Source: the human T2T-CHM13v2.0 reference genome, Homo sapiens
Reading direction: 5' to 3' (one strand)
DNA length: 64,000 nt
NCBI RefSeq assembly: GCF_009914755.1
Contig: NC_060927.1
Below are positions 1 to 22,586 of this stretch, one piece after another. The translations under genes were made by a program, and so were the position numbers. The notes beneath the pieces were generated by a model. The model ran no database searches and was not told the DNA's origin. It was given only the letters and a program-made list of their open reading frames with translations. Position 1 is the first letter of the stretch. Each line of letters opens with the position of its first letter.

Positions 1-165
1 TCTTTTCTTTTCTTTTCTTTTCTTTTCTTTTCTTCTTTTCTTTTCTTTCACACAGGATCTTGGCGTGTTGTCCAGGCTGGCCTCGAACTCCTGGGCTCAG
101 GTAATCCTCTCACCTTGGCCTCCCAAAATGCCAGGATTACAGGCGTGCGCCACTGCATTTGGCGG
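1..165 (-). mobile_element. Alu monomer (FLAM/AluJ-like) with (TTTTC)n tail microsatellite
   Basis: (TTTTC)n at 1-48, then antisense Alu left-arm sequence (ctcgaactcctgggctcag...ggattacaggcgtgcgccac). Confidence 0.85.
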
Positions 166-322
166 CAACTTAATTTTTTTATTTTTATTTTTCCTTTTAG
201 AGGACACCTAGCACTGAGCATTGCAACTTTTCATTTCCATGAACTTTTAAGAGAACTCTTAAAGACATGTTTAATTCTGTACACTTTCTATTGTTCTTTG
301 ATTGCTGTTTTTGAATAACAAC

Positions 323-683
323 AAGGAGTACGCCTTAGCATTTTGATGGTATCCTCTTAATAGTCGCAATAATAGTCCCCTTGGCGCTCTGTATACTCTC
401 AAGTCTTAAATGTTTTGTATGCAGCTGTACATTGACAGTTGAATGGTCTCGCTCCAAGTGGATCAGCAAGAACATAAAGAATCATTTAACTGGTACAGGC
501 TGCGGCTTGTGAATTCCCTATTAACACCAAAGAAGACGTGTGAGACTCCGTACTGAAACTAAAGACGACTTGTGAGTTCCACACTGAGATCAAATAAGTC
601 TTTATGATGGTGACAGAGAGTGGTGTCAACGCCTAAAGTTTTGGTTAATCTCTCTAAATTGAGGGGCTGACCAAAAGGGGGAA
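323..683 (+). mobile_element. Orphan ERV internal fragment (3' internal end up to the PPT), inverted copy of 3791-4152
   Basis: Reverse complement matches 3791-4152 at about 94-95% by manual alignment; ends in CCAAAAGGGGGAA (PPT) with no LTR following. Confidence 0.92.
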
Positions 684-689
684 CTTAAC

Positions 690-1362
<673 letters not shown>

Positions 1363-1429
1363 TTATTTTAATAAAATAGCTAGAGCAGGGAAATGGGGTA
1401 CTTTTTTTCCCCCTTTTAAGATGAGACAT

Positions 1430-1745
1430 AGCCAGGTGCAGTGGCTTACACCTGTAATCCCAACACTTTGAAAGGGAGGGTCGCTTGAGCTCAGGAGTTT
1501 GAGACCAGCCTAGGCAACATAGCAAGACCTTGTCTCTACTAAAATTCAAAAAAAATTAACTGGGCATGCTGGCACACACCTCTAGTCCCAGCTATTTATG
1601 AAGCTGAGGCAGGAGGATCACACTTGAGCCCAGATACGTGGGGCTGCAGTGAGCCCTGATAATGCCATTGCACTCCACGTTGGGCAACAGAGCAAGACTT
1701 CGTCTCAAAAATAAATAAATACCCTGTCTCAAAAATAAAAAATAA
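1430..1745 (+). mobile_element. AluJ
   Basis: gggtcgcttgagctcaggagtttgagaccagcctaggcaacatagc (J-type); duplicated tail end. Confidence 0.85.
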
Positions 1746-3351
1746 ATATGGGAGGAGAGATTTGACTTAGATTCCTCAAAGGGCAGGAGGAAAGAGAATT
1801 CCAAACAGTGATTCACCTTTAATGGGAGAAAGATCGCTTAATTTTACATGAGGAAGAAGAGGATTGGTGGAGATACAGTAGGTGGACAGTTTTTGTATGA
1901 GGAAGTTGAACATGTGTCATTCTAATAGCTTCCATTCTCTGTGAAGTAGAGGGCAAGGTCATCTACTGAGAGTTGGGGAGGTCAAGAGAGATAAGGGGAG
2001 ATTAGAAGAGCTCTTCTAGCAGAGAGTGGAAGAATGAATTGCTAAGAGAGATGAAGTAGGATTGTTAAGTAGTTTTGAGGGCCCTGTTGAGATGTGCTTC
2101 CAGTTGGGTGTGATTTTCTCCAGTAGTGCTTTATTTCCCTGGGTACAGGCAGAGAGAAAAACAATAAGGCTCATGTAGGGTTTGTATTTTGTTGGACAAG
2201 TCAAACAGAAAAGTCAGAGGACGAGGGAGTTTAGAATGTTTGCAAAAGAGTTATTGAAACGATGAACCGCATAATCTAAGGTGGTAAGTGGGTGAATAGA
2301 TAAGGAGGATGTGAATAGGTAAGGAGAAGAAAGAAATATCAGATTATTGATTATTGATGGCGACTCTCTAATACAGCTATTATGCCATTTTAACCGATTA
2401 AGAAACTAAGGCTTTAGAAAATTCATAATTTGCCCTAACTGCACAGCTAGTAAGCAGTGGAAATGTGATTGGAACCAGAGTTCTTCTGACTCAATAGACT
2501 AAATGGATGTAAGGATGTAGTTGAAAGAAGGGTGAGCTAAATGTTGTGGAACCATGAGCTCTTTCTCTGGTTGATATCCCTCTCTGTAAGTGATAACATG
2601 GGTCACGCTGGATAAAACCTTGTGGTGATTGGTGACTTTCCTTTGTCCTTCCTCCTGTGCCTAGTCTGGCGAGTATCTGCCTTTCCCTTTCCTTTCTCAT
2701 TGCTGCCACCTAACTTTAGGCTCTTCCCCTTACATCTGGGTAACTGAAATAAGATCACCTTTTTGTTCCCCTTCTGATTTACTTTGACCTAACATTATCT
2801 TTACTATTTTCTTTAAATTAATGTTTCATTAGTCTTATTCTACTCAGGAACTCTGTAGTTCCCCATTGCCTACGAAAAAAAGTTAAGCCTCAGCCTTATA
2901 TTCAGTGACTCTTCAATTGGATATTCAGTCCAGTTTTACTCCTCCTATGAGCCTTCTATGCCAGCTCCTTGGGTCTCTTGCCCTTTCATTGTCTCAGCTC
3001 TGCACCCTTCTTTCTCTTTTTTATTCTTTTTTTTTTTTGTACTTTTTTGGTTTTCTTTTTGGTTTCTTTTTTTGTTTTATTTATTAAACCTCCATCACAC
3101 TTCATCCTATGGAGTTTTGAACCACAGCAAGGTGCAGTATCATCCTGGGGCTCTGGAGGAAGTGGCAGGGAGTCCAAAATGTCACCTTAGCTTCTTATCT
3201 GGGGCCACATGTATTTCTGCATCTGCTGCTTCCCACACTCTTGCCCACAAGTGTCGCTTGTGGAAATAATTTGAGATTTACTGTCTGGCTGACCCTAGTT
3301 TCAATCTCTTTTCCACCATTTGCTAATCATTCTACCTTGGGCAAAACATAG

Positions 3352-3789
3352 AATTAAAAGAAAACTTCAGACAAGTTAAATTTGATGGAGTTTAATTGAG
3401 CAAAGAAAAAAAATGATCCACAAATTGGGCAGTCTCCAGAATCACCGCAGATTCAGAGAGACTCCAGGGGTGCCTCGTGGTCAGAACAAATTTATAGACA
3501 GAAAAGGTAAAGTGACCTACAGGAATCAGAATTGAGACATAGAAACAGTGAGATTGGTTACAGCTCGGCGTTTGCCTTATTTGAACGCAGTTTGAACACT
3601 CAGCAGTCTATGAGTGGTTGAAGTATGGCCGCTGGGATTGGCCAACACTCAGCTGTTATTACAGATGCATACTACTAAGTTAGGTTTTCGATTTTGTCTG
3701 CCTATTTGAGCTAGGTTACAGTTCGTCCACAAGGACTCAAATATAAAAGTACGGAGTCCTCTTCGGGCCATATTTAGTTCGCTTTAACA
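3352..3789 (-). repeat. 3' LTR of provirus (about 438 bp)
   Basis: Direct repeat of 16676-16969; preceded on the minus strand by PPT AAAAGGGGGAAT (3790-3801); outer terminal dinucleotide mutated. Confidence 0.9.
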
Positions 3790-4194
3790 ATTCCCCCTTT
3801 TGGTCAGCCCCTCAATTTAGAGAGATTGACCAAAACTTTAGGCGTTGACACCACTCTCTGTCACCATCATAAAGACTTATTTGGTCTCAGTGTGGAACTC
3901 ACAAGTCGTCTTTAGTTTCAGTATGGAGTCTCACACATCTTCTTTGGTGTTAATAGGGAATTCACAAGTTGCAACTTTGTACCAGCTAAATGATTCTTTA
4001 TGTTCTTGCTGATCCAGTTGGAGTAAGACCATTCAACTGTCAATGTACAGCTGCATACAAAACATTTAAGACTTGAGAGTATACAGCGCACCAAGGGGAC
4101 TATTATTATGACTGTTAAGAGGACACCATCAAAATGCTAAGGTGTACTCCTTAATAAAAGTTCTTATGAAATGAACTGAACCAAATCAGCCAAG

Positions 4195-5710
4195 TTAAGG
4201 TTCAGACAATATAAGCAGTTCAGCAGTATTGGGGTCTGATTGGTCAGAGTCTTCAGTTGGAGTATGATAGTGATTAAGGATCATAGTTCGCTGTAAAGTA
4301 GCTTGACTTAAAGAGGTGCTCGTTTTCATTGTTACCTTGTTAATACAAGTCATAATAACTTGAAAACCTGCTAGAAGAGATATAAAGATTAGAAACCCTT
4401 GGAAAACCCAAGTTTGCCATTCACCACTTAGGATGCCTGCAAACCAACTGTTAGTTGCTCCTATAAACATATCGTGGGTTCCTTTCTCTTGAGAGATTTC
4501 TTTATTGTACTTGGTGGCAGTGTCTAAGGAAACAGCAGTATCAGCCACCTTTTAAATTAAGCTTTTTGTAGTAACAGAATCAGGGGAGGGATTAGTACAA
4601 AATTCAGTTTTGTTTAACACCAAACATAGGCCTCCAGCTTGAGCAAAAAGAAGATCTAAGACTGCATGATCTTCCATTAAGTGTTTTCGTTGAATATGTA
4701 TGTTGTCATGTGCCTTTCTGAGAGTAGCTTCTACCCATCTGAAACCCTGGGAGGTCTGATTGGCTACCAAATCCAAGAATTTTCCCAATATACAAATTAG
4801 TTTTAAATTCCGTACAAATGGTACTTCACTACCACCAAGAGTGAGCCCCCAGGAACCCCAGTGGAATCTTTCCCCGGTAGAAACTAGCTTATCCTCGTCT
4901 ATTTCGAGGCTAGTGCTAATTTCAGTTATTGATCATTTTGGCCTCCAAGTATAAGGGCTATCATGAGAATTTTCAGGGGAAGCAATTCGAAAGGCAGGAG
5001 CAGGCCAGGCCAGATAACAAGAACCAAACCAACCAAGGAGGCAGAACAGAATATGCAGATTCTCCACAGACCCAATAGAGACCCTCAGGGGTTGGAAAAG
5101 GGGGCCACCTAGTTGTATTTGAGCAGGGATCATTCAGGTTTGTTCGACCATGAATCTGTAGCTCCTGAATAACATCCAGTGGGAAATTTACTTTTCTATG
5201 GCCCCTTTGTAGTGTGTTGTAAGGGTGTATAACCACATCTAGTAAAAAGAGACCCTACTGGATATACAAGCAATCACTTGTACTAACATAAGTAATTCCC
5301 AAATCTTGAGTATGTGATGCCTGCAAGCACAATATACGTTTTGTAGGCATCATTTGGATTTGTTTTTTATATTTGGTGTGATCGACTTTATCAGTTGAAA
5401 AAGAGTGTTGTTTTTAGTGAGTGTAGGAAAGCAAGTACTAGTGATGTTTAGAGTATCAAGAATAGCTTTCCATTCTTCCCTTGGGGTTTCAGGGTGACTC
5501 ATTGGGAAACGTGGAGGGGCACTGGCACCCTTGGAATCATTTCCTGATTTTTTGGCATTAGCCCACAAACCCAACAGTTACCCTGGTTTTGTGCTAGAGC
5601 ATAAGCTTGAGCTGAAGCCATCCACTGATTATGGTCCCATGGATTTTCATGTAAGGAAAAGGAAAGGATTAGGGAAAAAAATAAGGAAAACAGAAAAACA
5701 CATAAGGCTT

Positions 5711-5714
<4 letters not shown>
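4195..5714 (-). pseudogene. ERV env pseudogene
   Basis: Signal peptide MKALCVFLFSLFF, CWVC motif, furin site RPK(R>stop), ISU-like LMEDHAVLDLLFAQAGGLCLVLNKTEFC, TM anchor; several stops and frameshifts. Confidence 0.9.
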
Positions 5715-9270
<3,556 letters not shown>

Positions 9271-9272
9271 TT

Positions 9273-9650
9273 CTAGTTCAGGAGAATCAGGAAAACTCTT
9301 AAGATTATTTCTGTTTCTGAGGAAAATTTTAGGTGCCCTTTTAGCTTTGAAAGTAAATCTTGCCCTACCAAGTTTACTGGAACAGTATCACGTAGTAAAA
9401 AACTGTGTTTTTCTGAAAGGGGGCTCAGAGTTAATTGGATGGGTTCAGATATGGGAACCTCTGGAACTTGATTTGAAACCCCTGTCACAGAAATGACCTT
9501 TTTACTCTAAGGGATTTGTTGGCTTATTAAGGTGGGGTTTATGGTAGATAGAGTAGCCCTGGTATCCATAAGGACTATACACAACTCCCTATTTATTTTA
9601 ACCTCTGTTTCCCCATGTTCCTTTAAAGGTATTACGGGGAGCAATCCACT
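9273..9650 (-). pseudogene. ERV protease pseudogene
   Basis: LMDTRATLSTI (retropepsin DTG motif mutated) and NLVGQDLL (GRD motif). Confidence 0.85.
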
Positions 9651-9852
9651 GGAGAATCCCTTAGAGCCTCCTTTAAGTTGAATATTGTCAGGAGGACTAA
9701 GGTCTCTTGGGCTCCCTCTAGTGGTGAAACAGTTTGGCCTAGAGGGAGGTTTATCAGCCGACAATCCCTTTTCCAGTGCCCTGGTTGTTTGCAATACAGG
9801 CAGACATCTTGGGGTAAAGAAATTCTTGTTCTGGGACCTCTTGATTTGATTT

Positions 9853-14799
<4,947 letters not shown>

Positions 14800-14933
14800 G
14801 ATTGTGATTTAAAATGAGAACGAGATGGTCCCTTTGGTTCCTGGTCCCTGTAACTGTTGCAATTGAAGGGGCATAAGCTTATTAGCCTTTTGAGGTTTTT
14901 TTTGCTCTAGAGTCTTCTCAAAATGCTTAGCTA

Positions 14934-15242
<309 letters not shown>

Positions 15243-16652
15243 CTAAGGCCACCAATTCAGTCACATCTCTAACTTCCCATTGCAACTTATGTTTTTTAGT
15301 TAAACTGCTAAGTTCAGGATGGAGTCCATTTATAAGTAAAGCAGTTAATGCTGTTTCAGCCCCTGCAGGGAATACTCCTTGCTGTACTTTGAGCCCAGGA
15401 TGTTTCACAAATATTTCTAAGCGACTTCTGTAATCTGAAACTGGTTCATCTTTTCTTTTCTTTTTTTTTTTGCTTACAAGATTGTATGATGGACCAATTT
15501 TTTGTGGAAAAATTTTAGGAACTGAATGTTAAAAGGTTTTCAGCGATTTTTCTAGCTATTTTTGGTCCTTCTTGTGAGGAGCTCTTAGAGGGGCCTTTAA
15601 AATGTCCTCCTCAGGTTTGTCCCATTCTGCTGCTGCCATCCATTTCTGAGCTTCACCAGCCCCCAGTATCATATGAATAAATTGGTAAATTCATGAAGTC
15701 CTGGATCGTAAGCTCCTATTAGGATTCTAAATTCCTCAGTAAATTTTTGAGACTTTTCCCTTGGACCAGGGAAGTCCTTCACAATGGGGCTAAGCTCAGT
15801 TTTAGACCATGGAGTGAAAGTAGTTACAGCAGGCAGGCCTGGCTGATAGAAGGTCTCACTTTGTAAGACATCTGTCTAACTTCCTTTTTTTTTTTTTTTT
15901 TTTTTTTAAATCATCTTCAGGGTGAAAGTGTAATTTAACAAAAAGGTTAGTGGACTCAGAGTATGTAGGTAGAGATGGACAAAGAAGGAACAGTCCGAGT
16001 TAGATCAGTCAAAGTACAGTCCTCTTTCTTCATGTCCTTGGTCTGTTGCTTAAGCTTTTCATTTGGTTTTTGCAAAGAATCTTTTAAGGAGGCACTTTTT
16101 GATTCACTTAGTCTTTTGGAGGCCTTTGCGTATCCATGAGACAATACATCCCACTGTATTTGTGGGGGCTTTGATCCCCTTTTTCTAATATGCCTTGCAA
16201 ACAATTTTATCCAAATTAAAACTTCTCCATTGTGGCCATTTTAATTCTAAGTTTTCTTTAGTGAGGTTAACCCATTTTACTGAAAATGCACATGTTCTGG
16301 GCCCATAATTTTTATACGTAAAATTAGCTGGAGTCCCTGAAGATGGAGTCCCAGACTCCTTGGATTGAGATGATCCCATTATTAAATAAGGTACTTATCA
16401 GAGGTCTGAGGCCTCTAACTGAATCCAATCCAGTTAATTATCAAATCCAATTTGATCTTGGATCCAGTCCAGGCTAAGTATTGCTTGAGTAAACTCGGAG
16501 AGCTCAAAACACAAGTTAGTGGAGCTCGGAATCTGAGAGAAAACTCACCCATGACCTCCAGTTACAATCAAGAGACCAGTGAGAGCAACGGCCTCAGTGG
16601 GTACCTCACCAGGTCACCTGGTGTTCCAGGGGGTTGCCAGAGTTTTTCTTCA

Positions 16653-16671
16653 AATCCCACTTCTGACACCA
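16653..16671 (-). promoter_or_regulatory. Retroviral primer-binding site for tRNA-Leu(CAA)
   Basis: Minus strand TGGTGTCAGAAGTGGGATT, complementary to the tRNA-Leu-CAA 3' end (...AATCCCACTTCTGACACCA), 4 nt from the LTR. Confidence 0.88.
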
Positions 16672-16675
16672 GATC

Positions 16676-16969
16676 TGTTAAAAGAAAACTTCAGACAAGT
16701 TAAATTTGATGGAGTTTAATTAAGCAAGGAAAATAAACACTTTGCAAATCAGGCAGCCTCCAGAATTGAATGCAGTTTGAACACTTAGCAGTCTATTAGT
16801 GCTTGAAGTATGGCCACTGGGATTGGCCAACACTCAGCTATTATTACAGATGCATACTACTCAGGTTTTCCATTTTGTCTGCCTATTGTGCTAGGTTATG
16901 GTTTGTCCACAAGAACACAAATATAGAAGTATGGAGTCCTTCTCAGGCCATATTTAGTTTGCTTTAACA
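16676..16969 (-). repeat. 5' LTR of provirus (294 bp, internally deleted)
   Basis: TG...CA termini; about 89-90% identical to the 3' LTR apart from a gap of about 139 bp. Confidence 0.9.
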
Positions 16970-17158
16970 ATACTTAAAAAAAAATTTGTAAAATAAGGAT
17001 ACTTAACCTTACTGGGTGTTTCTGAGAGTTAACATTTATATAGTTATGCTGTAGTGAAAACAGCTAGCGTAATGTCTGGTATGTATAGGAACACAAGAGA
17101 TACCGCTTTTCCCATATCCCCATACCATTCTTCACAGCATTGCTCCTGTCTTCCTTGA

Positions 17159-17500
<342 letters not shown>

Positions 17501-17989
17501 TAAGAAGTTTCCAGTCCCTTGTAATTAAAGGAATTAATATTTTTTAACTACTTAGAATCAGACTGGCCCTGATTATTAGTAAGCAACTAATAGTAAGCAA
17601 GCAACTATGTATGCAACTATGAGTGTATGTTAAGATATGGTTGTTGGTAACCTTTCATTCTCTTCAGGAAGAAGAAGAGGGTGGAGCTCTACAGTCAATG
17701 TGTACATTTAAATTCTGTTCCCTTTCGAGCTTTTTTGCTACTTTCATTCTTCTGGGGATCCAGGTGCTTGAGTTGGGATTGATTAACTTCCTTAATTTCC
17801 ACCCCTGTGCTGTCAGGATCGGGAGACATAGATGAAGGTGTTCTAAACTGCTAGAAATTTTGTTTTTGAAAGCAAAAGTTTGCATGCATTTTTGTTTTCA
17901 ACTTTTACTTACAGTGAATAGTAGTTAATAAAATAAGTCCCTGCCTTTTCTCTCTTTGGTTTCAATTCCTGAGACCAGGATCATAGCCC

Positions 17990-18216
17990 ACATATTAGAG
18001 TGGAGTCCCACTGCTTTGGTTTGAATCATGCCTTTGTTTCTTATGTCAGTGTGACTTTGGGCAAGTTATTTAAGTCTTTGCACCACATTTTCCTCATCTG
18101 TAAAATGAGGATAATACTAGTACTTTCTACATGGGATTGTTAGCAGGATTAAATGAGATAGCACATACTGTAACCATGTCTGGCACATAGTCAATGGTTA
18201 GTAAATGTGAACTATT
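17990..18216 (+). mobile_element. MIR SINE
   Basis: Core tgtgactttgggcaagttatttaa...ttcctcatctgtaaaatgaggataata. Confidence 0.8.
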
Positions 18217-18313
18217 GTGTGACATTGTGGTTAGTCACGTATGGGGCTGTGTGTGTTTCCTTTAGTATATTGCTCTTTTAATGTCATTTCCTTTGTACTG
18301 TTACCCTCTCTGA

Positions 18314-18706
<393 letters not shown>

Positions 18707-19293
18707 TAAGTTTCTATAGCATAAATCATTTTTGTGTAGTGGAATACAATTGGATGTTTAAACATTTATTTTGTGTCTCTACCATGGACTAGATTGTTTT
18801 AATGATGCTAATAGGAAGATGCCTTTAGAATCTTAGTTATAATTACAGGAAATTAAAATGGCCTAGTGGAAGGAGCACAGGGCTGGGAATAGGAACACCT
18901 AGGTTTGATTTTGAGCTTAGACATTTAGTAGCACAGATGTGAAAGTCAGGTGGCATTCTCACACAAGCACTTCTTGGCAGGTCTGGGACCAGAGGCAAGG
19001 CGTCCTGTCTCCCAGTCTGTCTTCCTTCTACCCCACAGTAATATTTAGGGCAAAATTATGAAACCTGTTTGAAATAGGAGTATATTCTGAATTTTTACAT
19101 TTTCCATATTTAACAGAGGAGTGTTAACTTGTTTTATATGCTTGTTTGCTGAGACCACTTAATTTTGTTTCTTAAAAGTTTTGAACATAATACATTATTC
19201 TTAGTAGATTAATGTGTTTTAATTAAATAATTTTTCTTTACATGTTTATTTGGCATGCAGAGCATCTGATTGACACACTTTCTTGTCTTTTAG

Positions 19294-19407
<114 letters not shown>

Positions 19408-19651
19408 TAAAATACTTTTTTTGGTCATCTCGAGGAAAGAGAAATAGTTTATTGAGATAGTTTCTTAACTTATGAACCTAATATATCACGGTTTTATTTT
19501 AATGATATAAGTAATAGAATATCAATGAAAAAATCTGTATAAAAGAAATACCCAGTAGCCCATAATTTTACCACAGCTGCCACTAACTGTTTGGAGCATT
19601 TTCTTTTAATTATACTTACTATATGTGGTTAGTATCTTTTTAACTTATCGA

Positions 19652-19926
19652 TTGAGACAGGATCTTGCTCTGTCACTCAGGCTGAAGTGCGGTCTTGGAA
19701 TCATAACTCACTGCAGCCCTGAACTGGCTAAAGTAGTCCTTCCGACTCTGCCTCCCAAGTAGCCGGGACTACATGTGTGTGCCACCATGCCCGACTGATT
19801 TTTTAATTTCTTGTAGAGATGAAGTCTCACTATGTTGCCCAGGCTAGTCTCAAATTCCTTAGCTCAAACCTCTCACCTCAGCCTCTCAAAGCACTGAGAT
19901 TACAAGTGTGAGCCACTATGCCTGGC
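19652..19926 (-). mobile_element. AluJ
   Basis: gagacaggatcttgctctgtcactcaggctg...gtgagccactatgcctggc. Confidence 0.85.
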
Positions 19927-20554
19927 TTGAGTTTTTTTCTTTTAATTTTTTTCTTTTCATGAATACTACCACAGAATAGTATTTTAGTTCCCTTTTTAAA
20001 AATTATGTAATCATGGTGAATATTCACTTTGGTATTTTGTCTTTTGCTACCTAACATATTTTGTCAGCATTTCCATGCTGCCAAGTAGCCTTTCTATTAA
20101 TAATATCATTTTCTGCATTATGTAATGTTGCCCAGAGCATATTTATTGTGACCCACCTAGCTAGCTCCTTTTGATTGGATACCTTGGTTATCTCTACCTT
20201 TTGTAGCCAAGTTCTTTAAAAGTCTGTTAGTATCCAGGGTAATTTCTTTTCTTAGTTGGCCACTGCCCTCCCTTTTTCAATAGGTGGATGAGAAAAAAGT
20301 ATATTGGATCGCTATGATTGCCAGTAATTCATGGTGATCTTTAAGAAATATATTTTCATCAAATTTTTTTAAAACCTTTGTCAGATTTCTTAGTTTAGGT
20401 GTATGTGGAGGTGGAATTAATCTTTACTTGCACTTATTCACAGAATTTATAAAGATAAAACTGTTCTATGTTGACGAATCCATTTGCAAAAAAAGCACAC
20501 TTTCAAATTGTTCTTCTAATATTAATGAGGAGAGCTTTCAAATTGATGTATTTG

Positions 20555-20760
20555 CCAGTACCACAGCGTAGTGGCTGAGAGCCTGTATTCTGGAGCTGGA
20601 CTGCCTGGGCTGGAACCCGGGCTCCTCCACTTCCTTGCTGTGTACCTTAGTTTCTCATCTGTAAATGGTGTTGATAGTAGTAGCTGTTTTGTAGGGTTGT
20701 CATGAGGATTAAACAAGTTAATACTTTAGCCCTTTATAAGAATAGTATCTGACATATTTT
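20555..20760 (+). mobile_element. MIR SINE
   Basis: agtttctcatctgtaaatgg...gttgtcatgaggattaaa. Confidence 0.7.
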
Positions 20761-20787
20761 CTTAGTTTCATACTCTATATGTTTTGA

Positions 20788-20922
<135 letters not shown>

Positions 20923-21403
20923 TGATCTAATTTAAAAATTTAAGAACCATGGAGGAAAAATACATGGATTATTTGTTTATTCCCATTTTTTTAAAATTAA
21001 AATATTTAGTACCAATGAAAAACAGGACATTTTTTAAAAAGATAAACACAAAGTTTTGTTACACAATGGTTTTAATCTTTGTTTAGCCCAGTAAAATGAC
21101 AGTTCCTAAGCACTTAAACATACTTGGCTTTTAGTGAGGGGAAAAAATGTATCACTTGTTCTTGACAAGTAGATGAGACTTCCTATGTATTTGCTTTTCA
21201 TAAGTGGTTGGACCAATTTGGTGGTTTTAAAACAAATTTAAGTATGATAGACCATAATGAGTAGCATTTATTAAGTTTAATCCTGGCATATTTGCCCAAT
21301 TATTGCCCTATCGTAATATGAAATCTGAGATCTCAGACATCTTTGTTTGCTCATTTCTGTTAAATTTTACATTTCTATTTCCCCTTTTGCTGATTTTTCA
21401 CAG

Positions 21404-21457
21404 GTCACAAATTGGTTAGTGAAGTCATAGGAGCTTCTGACCTACTTCTCTTGTTAG
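21404..21457 (+). CDS. OPA1: OPA1 alternative exon 4b (54 bp; hydrophobic, constitutive-cleavage exon)
   Basis: ttcacAG|GTCACAAATTG...TTGTTAG|GTgtgt; HKLVSEVIGASDLLLLL. Confidence 0.95.
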
Positions 21458-21816
21458 GTGTGTAAACAGACATTTTTGCTGACCTTAACATGCCTTTTAA
21501 ATGCTTCTAATAAACTAGTTGCAAATAAAATTGCAGACCAAATTTATAATGCTGCTTATGCTGAATTTTAAAACCCCAGAACTATATTAGGCAAACTCAT
21601 TATCCTTTAGGTGGAAATAATAAAATAATTATTTTGTGATAACACTAAAATTCTTAAATATGTATGTGTATTATAAGATTAAAGCTATTAAAAGAAAATT
21701 TACTTAGCAAAAATATTTTCTTGAAATAGATCTAATTGTTTTTGATAATTGAAATGAAAAGTAATTTTAGTTTGTCTCATCTGCCCTGTCATGGTTGACA
21801 TTTAAATTTGTTTTCC

Positions 21817-22192
<376 letters not shown>

Positions 22193-22487
22193 TCATGTAA
22201 AATAATCCTTACCAAAGATTGTCTTATTTTTTTATTGTAATTTTCAGTTATATATCTTTAATTGTTAGGTTAAACATATGCTGCGATTGCTATAGTTAGT
22301 TTTTTTTTTATTTTCTGCACAGGTTATCAGTCATGTTCCTTAAAATAAGAATAAAGGCGATTTGATTCTTTGAATCTGAGTTGCTCTAAAAATCCATTCA
22401 CCTTTTCATTGACTCGATGTAATTTGAAATTCAGCTTAGGCTGTTGACATCACTGGAGAATGTAAAGGGCTGCATATTTATCTTTAA

Positions 22488-22586
<99 letters not shown>

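Noticed and set aside
2905-3269. Phe-rich and Lys-rich ORFs
   Set aside because: They are artefacts of a T-rich low-complexity tract.
16645-16671. tRNA-like 3' end ending in CCA
   Set aside because: It is the retroviral primer-binding site only; there is no cloverleaf or A box.
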